Shown in pieces: positions 47,721 through 60,403 of a DNA stretch of 64,000 bases (its first letter is position 1; each line of letters begins with the position of its first letter). The position numbers and the translations under genes were made by a program. Below the pieces are notes generated by a model. The model was not told the origin of the DNA. It did no database searches and was given only the letters and a program-made list of their open reading frames with translations. The DNA is from Dicyema japonicum. Its lineage: Eukaryota > Animalia > Dicyemida. Where the stretch lies: the NCBI GenBank assembly GCA_011109175.1, contig RDEW01000010.1, positions 851,837 through 915,836 on the forward strand, read 5' to 3'.

Positions 47721-47940
47721 CGTGATGCTATGTGGATAGTTTGTCAAAAATTATTTTCCATCCTTTCCGATTGCGTCATTGGATCCACCTAACTGAGGAG
47801 ACGCTCGCCTGACCGGCATCAAAAGGAATCAACTATTCTTCCCCGGAGGACAATGCCGTTACCTGGAGACAAGTTCTGGTGAACGAGTCGGGATCAAGGA
47901 GTTAGTTAGTTTAGTTCCCTTGGTCTTTGAATAAATTTAA
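47721..47940 (+). mobile_element. Short RIME-like derivative of the Ingi/Vingi-like family
   Basis: 5' CGTGATGCTATGTGG signature; 3' GGGATCA..GTTAGTTAG..TTGGTCTTTGAATAAA. Confidence 0.55.
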
Positions 47941-48037
47941 TTTAATTGAGGAATAGCGATATAAGAAAATTTTAATTGAATCTAAAATAATATTTTTTTA
48001 TTAACATTTAAATTTAAATAAATAATTAGCTTATCAA

Positions 48038-49232
48038 ATGTCGTATAAAGTTATTGTTGCCGAAGAAAATATGTCAGAACATGGGGATATAACTCCTGAA
48101 GATCACTGGTTTAACTTCTCAGACATTCCAAAAATCGTTGTTATTGGTGACCACGGGTATTCTACTTTTTTGAAACCTAGTTGTTGGAAAAACATCCTTT
48201 ATTAATTACTTTCTAAAGAGAAGTGGAAGCAGGCCGACCAGGTCAGTTAAAGCTTTCGGTATTTTTGTGGCTTGTTATAAACAGATTTGTCAAAATATTC
48301 TTTTTTCAACCTCCAAATAGTGGACACCCCTGGACTGGACATTATGAGGTGGATCGATGTTAGCGAAGATAGTAAAAATTTCCGAAAATTGGTGAAAAAT
48401 TGCCTGAATCTGATCTGCCTTATCGACATCCATGTAATAGAGACATTTATTCCAGTATCAACTCCCTGGGACCATTGTCCCTCTGGCAGAGTTTATCAAT
48501 TTGACCGTGAAGCTGGAACCTAATGTGAACATCACGATAATTCACCACAAACATGACCTTTTATACATAAACTCATACGAAGAGAGTCTGGGTCACATAA
48601 AGTCCTGCGTGGACTCGTGTCTCCAGATCCCTTCCCATAAAAGTCGTGAAATACTGTTTGATCCCTTTTCATGCTAGATACACATGCACCAGTACCACAG
48701 ATTTATCAATTATCGTAAACTTTACTCACATTTTGAGTCCCCACGTGCGCGTTCATCACGACCTGAGGAAGCTACTAACAGAGTTCATCACGGTATCCTG
48801 TTATTGTAATAATTAGAGGTCGAACCTAGAAAAGGGGTTCATTTTGGACAAGTTCACTAAGACATTGATTCTGTCGGAACCTAGTAATTTCGTAATCAAA
48901 GACTGCGAGATGTGCTGCCGCATAGCTGGACTCTCTGGGATAATGAGCAGTTCCGTGGAGTTGTAGATTTTAATTTCAAGTAGGAGAAATTTTGAGCCCA
49001 CCCCTATATCCTCCATCTTCGAATTCAACCATTGCATCTTTTGTTACAGGGAACTCACCCCCGATCTAGTTTTGATGTACCAGACCAATCTGTACAAGGA
49101 AGGTGGATCATTGAATGACTTTTAGGGAGTTGTGAGCATAATTTTAACTGTCTGAAGGAACTGGTAGTCAAATTGCTTAAATGCTTCACTGTGTATGGTG
49201 GGACCATTATGAATGAAAAACATTCTCTCTGA
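48038..49232 (+). CDS. RRAGC: Rag GTPase of the RagC/D (Gtr2) type, divergent, spliced; one apparent +1 frameshift at the first splice donor
   Basis: KIVVIGDH..GKT, FNLQIVDTPG, Rag-specific HKxD (HKHD), TS, NLEKGFILD, CEMCC, HNFNC align with RagC/D; introns about 22-26 nt. Confidence 0.8.
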
Positions 49233-49654
49233 TTATTATTTTAAAATCATTTACTTTACAAGATATTACATTTTTCTAACAATTTCTGTATTATTATTTA
49301 AAGTGCTCGATAATTAACATTATAATTACAGTTAGCTATCTGTTGAAGGAGCAATGAGAACTTAGATCCAGTTAGTTGTGTTGAAAAGGACTCTCGAAAG
49401 CATGCTAATAACACGAACATGGGATGAAGGTTTCTGATAAAGAGTACACCTATGCTACCTGTTAACTTGAGGTACTGGAATGCTGTGAAAACATTTCAGT
49501 AGACTCTAACAGAGATATTTCGACTGACTCTGATTTATACATAAATACTCGGCTCACTACTAGGTGACACCAAGGATATTTATCAAAGGAAAACTGGCTA
49601 CCATATACTTCAAAAAATGTACAACATCTAGATAAGAAGCATGGATCACTGAAA

Positions 49655-50790
49655 TTTTGTCAGACTGTACGTATATCGGATCCAACCTTCAGGAAGTGTC
49701 CAAAAAGTCTCCAACGAGAGCTAATGATCTCGTGGCTTAATGGTGTACAGTCACACTTATTGTACAGTCCATTCAGCGAGATCTTGGATGGCCAGGACAT
49801 TCCAGTTATGTTTCTTAGATGATTCCTGTGAAATGAGTCTAGCCTCTCCAATTCCTCTTTAGAGGTGGCCCAGGTCCCAGAGTTGTATAGTAGGATTGGT
49901 TTGATAAAGGTGTCGTATAACATAATCCTTTGTTTTATGTTATACCCTTTCCGTTTTAGCCAAAGATTTTTCAGCTTTTGTAATGCCGCATTTGCCAATG
50001 TTTTTCTCCGTATGATGTCTTCGCTATCTCCTAGTAGAGAGCCAAGTTTCTTTATGTGTCTCCATTTTTCTTCAAGTGAATTGTTCATTCGTCTTATTTC
50101 TGTCTGTTCTGTTTTTTTCCTGTTCACGGTGAGAAATCATTTCCCAAGTATATCTGGTGCTTTTTCTAGTACATGCTCCAGGAGTTTTTTGTCTTCAGAA
50201 ATTAGGTCGACATCATCAGCATAAATCACCTTCTATTTTTCCTTGGTATAATGGTCTCAGTTCCCTCATAGCAGCCTCCAAGTATATTGTGAATAGTAGC
50301 GGAGAAAGGGAGTCTCCTTGATGAGTGCCTGTGTTTGTTTCAAATTTTCTTGAGTAGGTTTTTTCAACTCTCACAAGGAGCTCTGTGTTAGATAGAAGGA
50401 TTTGAATCATTCTTAGATTCGATTCGTCAAGAAACCCTTCCAGCACTGTCATCTATTTGTTCCTGTTAATTGAGTCAAAGGCTTTTGATAGATCTATTCC
50501 CAAAATGTGGGTGGCATTGCAATATCTTTAATGTGTCGCACATCTCCATATGTGACTCCAGACTGCATCAGCTGTTGATCTTCCTTCTCTAAACCCACTT
50601 TGACTTTCGGGTAGGTATTCATAGGCGGGTCCTTTATTCGTTCCAATACAATGTTAGCTAAGACTTTCCGTAGAGAATTTGATAATATATAGGTCGTAAG
50701 TTTTCAACCGGTCTTTTGGATTTATTGGGTTTTTGTATAGGTATTAGTAATCCCGTTCCCAGGGGCAAAGTTGAGTTAGTTAAAACATTT
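49655..50790 (-). mobile_element. RTE RT fragment, decayed
   Basis: DLSKAFD, QGDSLSP, ADD, SRWRLFGH. Confidence 0.9.
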
Positions 50791-50829
50791 CATTTAGTAA
50801 TGTAGCGATTCGAATCAATATCAAGCTGT

Positions 50830-51240
50830 AAATATTTAATTTTTAACGTTTTGTCACTTGAAACTTGAAAAAAACGCACGTTTTTCTTCCTCTTTTAATG
50901 ATAGCTCGTTTCTAGTTATTTCGTACTCAGCAAAAGGATTCCTCACCCAATCATAGAGTTCAACTGACATGGGTGAAAAAAAATTATTCGCACATGTAAA
51001 TGGTGACTCCAAATGGTCTACAATTTGTGGAACAATTTCTTTCTTGCAAATGAGGGAATACTTCCAAGTTTCCATTCGTGATATGTCGTTTCCATATTTG
51101 TAGTTTTTTTCAAAAAAAAGCAGCTATTTTGTCCACCCAACTCAATAGATTTTCATTTCTTCCTTGCATGCTGCTATTGAGAACATTGAGTAAATGAAAA
51201 ATTTCCGAGGGTTCCACGGAACCCAGGTTGGGAAACACTG
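50830..51240 (-). mobile_element. hAT (Buster/Charlie-type) remnant with one TIR
   Basis: CAGTGTTTCCCAACCTGGGTTCCGTGG terminus; DWVRNPF motif. Confidence 0.7.
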
Positions 51241-51244
51241 GTCT

Positions 51245-53555
51245 AATTATTATTATTATTTAAGCCAAAGAAACACCGTCTTAACCAATAACTAATATTC
51301 AGGTGATCCCGGCATCTCTCAATAATCGGGCCATTTTTTCTCGATGCTCCGACTGTGATCCCACGCATTTTCTATACGGACGGGGTCTTTTTCCTTTTCT
51401 TCTGAAATTGCCTCCAGTTGCCTCTATGATAGACTCGAGTGCTCTGGGGGCAATTTCTTTATCTGTATATTTTTCTAGTAACTTTTTTGCTCTTGACTGG
51501 ATATCTTGAATTTTTGTTAGGTTCGTTGCCGACAGGTTAGATCCCCATGCAGCACATGCATAGCCTATTGTTGGCTCGACATACTGCTTGTAGAGGGTCC
51601 CGATACCTGGCGGATAAATTCCTCCACAGTTCCAAAGGAAGGCCTTTACAAAATTGATCTTCTTTGCACAGGTTGATATGATAGATTCCACATGGGCTGA
51701 GAAGCAGAGGAAAGTATCAAAAGTTACTCCCAGTATCTTCTGCGTTTTCTTTTGTGGTATAGGTACTCCATTTAACGTGACATCAATTGTTTGCGTTCCC
51801 ATCTTTCTATTCTTAGTAAATAGAGTGACTGCTGACTTTTCGGAACATGCATTTAATCGATTCTCGCACAACCATCCAAATATGTTATTTAGTATTCCTT
51901 GTAGTCTTTCCTTAGCATGTTCGACGTTTACGTCTCTAGATGCGACAACTATGTCATCGGCATAGGAAAGTAGTATGTCATTATTATTCATAGGTACGGG
52001 GAGATCACTCAAAAACAAATTAAAAAGGATTGGTGACAGAGGAGATCCTTGGGGTACACCATTGGGTAATAATCCCGATCTGGAACTCTTGTTTCCGACG
52101 GATACTTTCCCTCGGCGTCCACTTACGAAATTTGCTAACCATAACTTTAATGGTGCATCAATTTTTGTCAAAAATATTTTTCGTATGAGGATCTTCCTTG
52201 GGACAGAGTCGAAAGCTTTTTGAATATCGATCGTACATATGACCGATTTTTCCTGTTTTGGCTTGTTCTTGTGTCCTTCAGTTATGAACTTCATTAATGT
52301 TGTTAGGAAGGAGGTTGTTGATAATCCTTCCTTGAAGCCATGTTGGAATGTACTATGTGGGAGAAAAGGGCGAATAACTTTTAGGACCAGTTTCTCCAGG
52401 ATCCTCGACAAAACACATATAAGGGAAACTGGTCTGTAAGAGCCGGGATCGTTCTTCGGTCTTCCCGGCTTCAATATTGGTCGAATTTTTGATAGTTTCC
52501 ACAAAGTCGGTATGGTATTTCTGTTCAGCGATGTGTTGTAGATGTTTGTTAATGCATTTATTGATGCTGGGCCCAAGTGTTTCAGCAGAATAAGAGGAAT
52601 TCCGTCTGGGCCACATGAGTTTGTTTTTTTCTGATTTGATATTGCTTTGGATACATCTTTCGGGAGAAAATAAATCAGCGGGGCAAATTTGGATGGCTTT
52701 CTCTTTATTTTCGTTTGTGTTAATCTTTTTATAAGGAATGTGACTGATTCGAATACAATGTTTCATATATTTATTCAGATTGAGCTGGCATTGTTCTTTG
52801 TTATCTTCGTATTCTGGGTTCTTCAGACGCCTCAACATCTTCCACATGTTGGAAATTGAGGTCTGGTTATTCATGGCAGCAGAGATTCGCCTGAGTTTCT
52901 TCCTTTGGGTGTTGTTTGTGCTTTTCGTGATAAGAATGTTTAGTGACCTGATTCGATTAATAACCTCTCGTGAACGATGTATCATTTTCTTAAGGTTGTT
53001 TCTTTCCATAATTATTTTCCTTGTTTTTGAGTCGTATTTCAATTTTTCGTTTTTTATATATGCTTTTCTGATAAAAATATTTCTTCCGTCAATGATTATT
53101 TTGTTGAAATAGTATATAGCTTTGTCTATGGAGGAGAAATTTTCAGATTGGAAATGTTCCAGTTTTGAATCAACGAAATTTGTAAAGCCAGTCCAATTTG
53201 CATTTTTGTAATCATAGAAATGAATAGGCTTCGGTACAAAGCGTGGCTCGCAGTTCAGCTTCATTAACATTGAATGGTGGTCGCTCCGGAGGTCATAACG
53301 GACCGTCCAATTAATGATCGTGGAAAGACGAGGTGAGCAGACGGATAAGTCCGGAGATGTCACCATGTCCTTCGTGTTGTATGGTGTCCTAGTGTTCTTT
53401 ATCGGGTTGTTGATGACTATTAAGTTTTGAATTTGGGATAGTAGCAGGTTTCCTCTGTTATCAGCGGATTGGTAGCGGAACCAAGAAGGGTGCTTCGCAT
53501 TAAGGTCTCCACATAAAAGCAATAGATGACCGACACTTTCATGCAACAAAATCAA
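51245..53555 (-). mobile_element. Ingi/Vingi-like element, 5'-truncated within APE, one frameshift
   Basis: GDLNAK, SPD, SDHH; YRPVS, DIQKAFD, GVPQGS, YADD; ORF ends GIT*; (TAA)n tail. Confidence 0.9.
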
Positions 53556-53659
53556 TATATGATAATTTTCTATTTAAAAATTAAATATTTAATTTTTATT
53601 TGCCAATATCTATCCTGAGGAAAAATCCACTTTTCCAGTAAAAAATTAATAGGTTAATG

Positions 53660-56090
53660 CATTAACCCCTATATCAAGCAATAGCAAACTATAACAACAG
53701 AAATAGAGCCCGTAGAGTCAATCCTTCTACTGAAGGTACAGATATATTTTGCCGACTTTCCTTATCAGTTTTTATCTATTCACCAGAGGATGCTAACCTT
53801 GGAGACCTGCTGCGGTAATTGATACGGTCCAAGTGACTGTTAAACTGTTACAGGCGTTTTATGAAACGACAGACATGCATCGGACACGGCAGAAACTGCT
53901 ATGCTTTGCGTATAAGGTCTCTATGACCAACAACTTCTCTTTTTCTGGCTAAACCATTTCTAGAGAAATCGACCTTTTAAAAGAAAAGATAACTCTTCCC
54001 GAAATGCCTACTGTCTTAGACTGTAACTAAAGCGTCACTGCATAAACAGCCAGCTCAGGTTCGGGAATATTAACCCCATTTTCTTTTGCACTTTGGCTAA
54101 AACAGCCATTTCAGATGACTTTTCAACGTGCTTAGAACCAACTCATATCCAACTAATGTTCACATGCAACTCTTCTCCACATAGGCTCTCAAATTCCCAT
54201 TTAAGTAATTGCTACTACCACCAAGATCTGCACTAGAAACTAGCTCCACAAGTACTCACATGCATGGCTTCTGCGCTACCTCCACGCTCTCCTACTAGTT
54301 GTGGCCTATCTTTAGTAAGTAAAACTTATCTTGCCACAACGGTCCGGTATAAATCAGACGCTACAACGCCATCCATTTTCAAGGCCAGTTAATTTGACTG
54401 GTGAGTTATTGCACACTCCTTAGAGCAGAGGTTGTCAAACGGTGTGCCGCGGCACACTAAGTGTGCCGCAAGACAATTTCTAGTGTGCCGCCTTCCAAAT
54501 ACAAATTTGAATAAATTTATATACATTTTTGACCTAATTAATTTAAAAAGATAAACGAATTAAAATAATTACTAAAATTAAAATAATCATTTTTTTATTA
54601 TACATTAAATGACATTTACATTGGTTAACCATTGTTTATTAATTTTTTAATAACGTGCGCATCAACGTGCTTATGGGTAAATCAGTCCGTCGTTCTTATA
54701 AAGATTCTTATTTGTCATTTGGATGTATATGCAAAATAAAAATAAACTACCTCAATGTCTAATTTGCATGGATTTTTTGGCAAGTGATGCTATGGTTCCT
54801 AGCAAACTAAAGAGACATTTTACTTCCAAGCATCCGGACTATTCCGAAAAATCTGTCGATTATTTTATCCATTTGAAAAAAACAACTTAAGTATTATTTG
54901 GTTTTTACTATGAATCGTAGATCTAGTCAAATGATGTTCAGTGAAACTTTTTTAAACACAAAGGAATCATTGAAATGTTCATACCTGATTTCAGAAGTGA
55001 TAGCAAAACAACTAAAACCTCACAATATTGGCGAAAACTTGATAATCCCTGCTTGTCGTATTATTGCTCGGACTATGTTTGGTCATAAATATGAACAAAA
55101 AATAATGAAGATACCTTTGTCAGATAATACTGTTTCTCGTCGGATTTGTGCTGAAATGCGAGTGCCTTTGGTATCCATTCGACCTGATATTGATGATATA
55201 TGCAAAAACAATAATAATTAAGAATTTATTTTTTATTAATAAAAATTTGGGCATTAAATTACCAATTTTTGTACTTAGTTTTAAACATCTTAAAAAATTA
55301 ATTTTTTTATTTTTTATGTGTGCCGTGGATTATTTTTTTTACGATTAGTGTGCCGCGAGAATTATTTTTTGAAAAGCTCTGCCTTAGAGGCTTCCAACTA
55401 CTAAGGCTAGCTTCCTGTTGTCATAATCAACTGATATTTTTTATGGTATCCTGTGTGCGTCTAGTCAAGCACCTTAACCAGGCGTTTGGTTCATCCCACA
55501 GCGCCAGTCATGATTACCATAATTGGCCCACTTGGCACCCTTATTTACGTATGACTACACTCAAGTTAGTCACACTTCTCACACGTTTAAAGTTTGAGAA
55601 TAGTTTGTACCCGTATAAGCACAAATCCTCTAATCATTCGCTGTAACATATGAAACTAGTCGCCAGCTATCCTGAGAGAAATTTCGGAGAGAACCAGCTA
55701 CTAGATGGCTCTATTAGTATTTCGCCCCTATACCCAGCTTCGACAATCGATTTGACGTCAGAATCGCGATAGACCTCCACCAGTGTTTTCCACTAGATCA
55801 TCTTAACCAGGTATAGTTTCGCGCATCTTTCGGGTTTTAACGAACTGGCTATCACTCCCTCTACAACCGTAGAATCAAAAAGGAGTGTATGTTACCGACT
55901 ATATCGTCACATCTAATCACTTCCATTGCACCGCATGGAATAACTCCATTAGACTTGCTAGTACGGTAATCTCCTTGGTCCGTGTTTCAAGACGGGTCGG
56001 ATAGAACACCCTTGCATGCAAATCAAGCAAATACCAATCCTCAGTGCTTACAAGTTGGTTATAAACTGCAGTTCGATTTCATTAAAGAGC
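53660..56090 (-). pseudogene. Decayed 28S (LSU) rRNA fragment, roughly D2 to D7/D8, interrupted by a hAT
   Basis: Reverse complements of conserved LSU motifs (GGTCCGTGTTTCAAGACGG, TTCGCCCCTATACCCA, TGCTACTACCACCAAGATCT, CGCCATCCATTTTCA) with many substitutions. Confidence 0.9.
54426..55381 (+). mobile_element. hAT Buster-type deletion derivative
   Basis: TIR CAGAGGTTGTCAAA / TTTGAAAAGCTCTG; exact 8-bp TSD CCTTAGAG (NNNTANNN); MVPSKLKRH, KPHNIGENLI, IPLSDNTVSRRI. Confidence 0.95.
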
Positions 56091-56339
56091 GAATTAATAC
56101 TTTTCCAGTTCCTTAAAAGTTTGGAAAAACAGTCGACTGTGTGTTTGCGAAGGTCAGGGATTCTGCGAATAATAAAAACAAAAAAGTGGCACTTGGCTAC
56201 AATCGCAGGATTTCTTGCCTCTAAATATGCAATTGCCGACAGGGAAAACATGGATATTAAGTCCTCAAGGACACACAGAAAAAATATTTATTAAATAAAA
56301 TTTATTGCAGAACACTACACTCAATTATGTTCAAATGTA

Positions 56340-56922
56340 TTGATGAAACAAATGTCAACCTATATACTTCCTAGGAATGGTTATCCAAAGGAAATAACGG
56401 CCCACAGACCGAAGCATTGTACTGTCTTTTGCAAGATAGGAATTTGTTTTTTGCACACACGGGTCATTATGCAACCATTGTAAAAAATGCAAGAAAACTG
56501 TTGATCATTTGGTCACTCAGTGTGGTAAAATGCTAGTGATTATCTCCGAAGACATAATGAAGTGGTAAAGTACATTAATCTTCATCTTTGTAGAATTTAT
56601 GGAATCAAAAGAAGCAGTAAATTGAAAGGACATTCGGTTCAGTCAATATTGACGAATCAAAATGTCGAAATTAGAGTTGACACGTCGATTTGACAGAAAC
56701 AAAGTCCAATACAATAAACCTGATATTATTGTTTATGACAAAACAAAGAAGGAAGTAACTTTAATTGAAGTGGGAATTACTTCAAAAGATCGCCTAAAGC
56801 AAGTTGAAGTTGAGAAACTTCACAAATATTACTTGCTAGCAAATGAACTTTCGCTGCTCTATGAATGCAAGTGAAGATTATTCCAGTGGTTTTGACATGG
56901 GATGGAGTTGTCTCAATATGCT
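56340..56922 (+). mobile_element. R4/Dong-clade C-terminal fragment
   Basis: RHN, NKPDIIVYDK...TLIEVGITS..EVEKLHKY.LLANE, IIPVVLTWDG. Confidence 0.85.
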
Positions 56923-58950
56923 TAGTTAGCTCTTAGAACACTCCGAGCGTAAATGAGACATAAAGTGAGAAGGACGTCACTACCTCAATTGCTCAAATAT
57001 GAAATGAAAAATTCAAATAACCCGACAATAAACAGCATGGCGGTGTTTGTTAGATGACACTAGTTTATACTTCCAATGACTTTCCCGTCGGGATCAAAAT
57101 TGTCTAGACACCGTTGAGAGATCAAAGAACGTTGGGAAAACTGGTAAGTACCGCGTTACAGGCTTTACGAGCATGACCGACGACTGGTCAGTAGAAAATT
57201 CATGGAGGGAATGTAGAATCCTCTTGACAAGGGTGTCAACAATTAGAGACGAGAGATCTGCAGCTAGAGAAATGTCTACAGTGCTGCGAATTTCAAGCTC
57301 TCCGAGTCTGACCAGCATTGTGACCTGCTCCGTGAGAATTCCTCAAATCGGACGTTGAAGATACGTTTCGATGTCGAACAGAAGATACCGTCAATGTGTG
57401 CGAGTTGATCGCATTGGGTGAAATAGGGAGCAGTCCTCAGGACATATGCAAGCCTCTGTATGTTGATGTTGTTCTATAGGAAGAATAATGATGTATGCAC
57501 ATCAAGTAGATAGAAGCGGTCCAGAGTCTCTTCTAGTAACAGTCGTTTTTAGCGTATTGCTTTCCCCATTTCACTCATAATGATTGTGGATCTGAAAAAT
57601 ATAAGGTCTTCGTCAGGCGTGGAAATGCTTCCAGGCTATAACTTCACGAAAGATTACAAAGCTTGTGAATACTTTTCTTCTGAAAGTCCACAATTCTAGT
57701 GTTTGGATGTACTACAATTTAAGTATCAGCTTCTACAAGTCAGGATTATCACCTCCAAATCCTAGAAGACAGTATTTTGGGGTCCTCTTAAAACGTTCTC
57801 ATAATTAGAGTTACTTGAGTTATCTGACAAAGAATATTGCTGAAGTGAAATGACGTGCGCAAATTTGCGGAATTAAGTATATTGTCCCTATCAGACCTGG
57901 TGGACCTCTTAGATAGAAAGTCAATTAGAATTTTTCAATGAACACAATCGAACCTTTTATATTCGATGGGATCCATATTAGTCCACATATGACGGACAGA
58001 AGGGAGGTGATTCAATAATTAAGAATGAAAATTGTGATTCACGGGAAGTAAAATTGACTTTTCCTTAACTAATAGATAAACCTGCCAAAACATTTAGTCC
58101 AGTGCTCAAAAATAAAAAAAATTGATTCCTCAACTCTCGTATAAAAATTCACACCTACTATTAATTCCATATTATATTATTATTAATAGCACTTTCGAAG
58201 AACCAAAAAAGTAATTTATTTAATTAAGGTTCCGCTTATGCCGTATTTTTCTTCAGGTTATTCTTTCTCCCACAATTCTCTTAACTAACTTCCTCCATGC
58301 TCCACGGTTACTGGCAATTATTCTGAGCGTATCCAGATCGTCTCCTGTTTTCAGCTTTTGTCCTACATTGGTCAGGTCCTTTTGTAGAACCTCTGGCAAA
58401 GTTATGCGAGGTCTTCCACGGAACGAAGTATACACTTCTAGGCAGAAATAGTTCTCCATTGCTATTTTAGCAGGCGTCATCTGGCTCATCCGAAAGATGT
58501 GACCAAATAGACGCCATCTTGATTCATAGATATCCAGACTCAATGGTCTTGTATTACATACTTTGTATAGATTCTTGTTTGTAATTTTTTTTCGGCCAGT
58601 TGATGCCAAGCAACAGTCGGAGTTGCTTACGATGGAAGGCATCTAGTTTGTCCATTACCGCTTCTGAGACACCCCAGGTTGCAGCGTTGTACATTAGGAC
58701 TGGTTTCACGAAGGCATTGTATAGTCTCACACGTAATTGTGTGCTAATTTGTTTACGATGATTCCAGACTACTCCCATTTTTTTAAAGGCCGCGACGGCC
58801 AACATCTTCCTGTTAGTGATATCCTCAGCGTCTCCGAGCAACGACCATAATTTTTTACAGTATCTCCATTTTCCATCAGTTCGGGTTAGTTCACAGCGTA
58901 TGGTAGTTGTCTCCGTCTTTTCCGTATTGATTTTGATGAACCATTTTTCT
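56923..58950 (-). repeat. Inverted ~2-kb duplicate of about 18797-20757 (RTE 3' end, spacer and CRE fragment)
   Basis: Colinear reverse-complement match by eye; the same ORFs appear in both places in the ORF track. Confidence 0.92.
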
Positions 58951-59297
58951 AGGTCTCTCTTGTATTAAAACAATAAAATTTCGAATATTTGTTATAGCCC
59001 ATAATCACATAGTTTTTCACATTAGTGTCTTTGAAATTTCAGTTTTTTATCATTAAAACTTTCAACTTTTTGTTTCCCTCAGCACAACATGTGTTGGCTA
59101 TCCGTTTAAATCGTAATAGATACGTAATGCTACAGTTAGACTTTCCTTTTCAATTGCCACTAATTTGGATTGAATACAAAATTTTGAATATAAATTTTAA
59201 AAATATAGACATACTCAATCTTCGTTAATGTTGGAATGAAGTCGATGGACATTGCCTGTAAAGTTATTCGATTGATCGAATATTTTATTTTATAGAA

Positions 59298-59345
59298 CAG
59301 TGGTTCTTAACCTTTTTTTAAGCCAGCGTCCCCTTTTGATACAAT
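59298..59345 (+). mobile_element. Solo hAT-type terminus
   Basis: CAGTGGTTCTTAACC; no partner TIR found. Confidence 0.45.
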
Positions 59346-59379
59346 TTTAAGCTTTTAAAAGGGACTTCATCTTGGGCTT

Positions 59380-60240
59380 ATGTTCCTCCCTCGACCCCAA
59401 ACAATCACGTATCAGCCAAATGGATCTTCTTAGTCACGACGGCGCGTTCCATGGTTCATTTGTATCATGGCTTCAAGAGGCATTGGTGGCTAGAATTCTC
59501 AAGAAATCCAGCGTTCCGTTATTTTGGAGACTCTTTCTCGGATAGCCTCAATCTTAAAGACATTTTTCCTAGAGATGAATGGCCCCAGATATCACATACG
59601 TAAAAATGCATGGTTCAATGTATTGTTTGTATATAGGATGATTTCCATACTTCCATAAACCTGTGAGACATTTCAAGACATTAGTCTTCTTTTCGCATTT
59701 TGGTATAGCATTTTCTACACGGGGCGAAAATGAATTGTGCATGTCAAAAGTCACCACAAGGATCCTTTGATATCTTCTAAAAAGGATAACGCCATTGTTT
59801 GCCTTCAGATCGACCGTCCGTTTTCCCATTCTCTTGTTTGATGTAAATAGGGTTGTGACGGACTTCTAACTGCTGGTAGCTAGGCGATTCTTAGTTAGCC
59901 ATTCGTCAATGCGGTCCAGATTTTGCTGCAATCTTGAAGTGGCGATCTGGATGTCCTGATAACGTGACGCAATTACAATCTCATAATATCATTAGGTGTG
60001 GGGAGGTTCGTCATCAATAGATCGAATAGTAATGGAGACAAAGGGGACCCTTTGGGAACACTAATAGGAAGAAGCCGAGAAATAGTCCACTCCGACCACA
60101 AAGAAGTTAGCTAACCAGAGCTTAAGCTTTGCAGGGATGTTTGTTTGGTAAATTTTCTAAGTAAGAATCTTCCTGAACAGAGTCAAAAGCTTTCTGGACG
60201 TTAATGGAGCAAAGTTCAGTCAGTCTTTATGTGACCCGGC
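59380..60240 (-). mobile_element. Ingi/Vingi-like RT fragment, decayed
   Basis: INVQKAFD, LWLANF, SVPKG, IVIASR remnants. Confidence 0.7.
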
Positions 60241-60403
60241 CTGTGGAATAACCCGGTTATTGCTAAAAATTATAGCATTTATAAGTCTGAAAGTAAATAA
60301 ATTAAAAATTATATTTTTGAATGAACCAGAAATTTATTACGAAATTAGACAATCAAAATAATAGAGAACACACTACCTTCTGTTCTCCAATAATTATTTA
60401 AAA

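Noticed and set aside
48795-48818. U12-type intron (GTATCC start)
   Set aside because: Lacks the full GTATCCTT donor and a branch-point consensus, and at 24 nt it matches the other micro-introns
56015-56922. Site-specific R4 insertion into 28S rDNA
   Set aside because: The R4 fragment lies beyond the D2 side, on the opposite strand and a few hundred bases away; the known R4 target is further 3' than this fragment reaches
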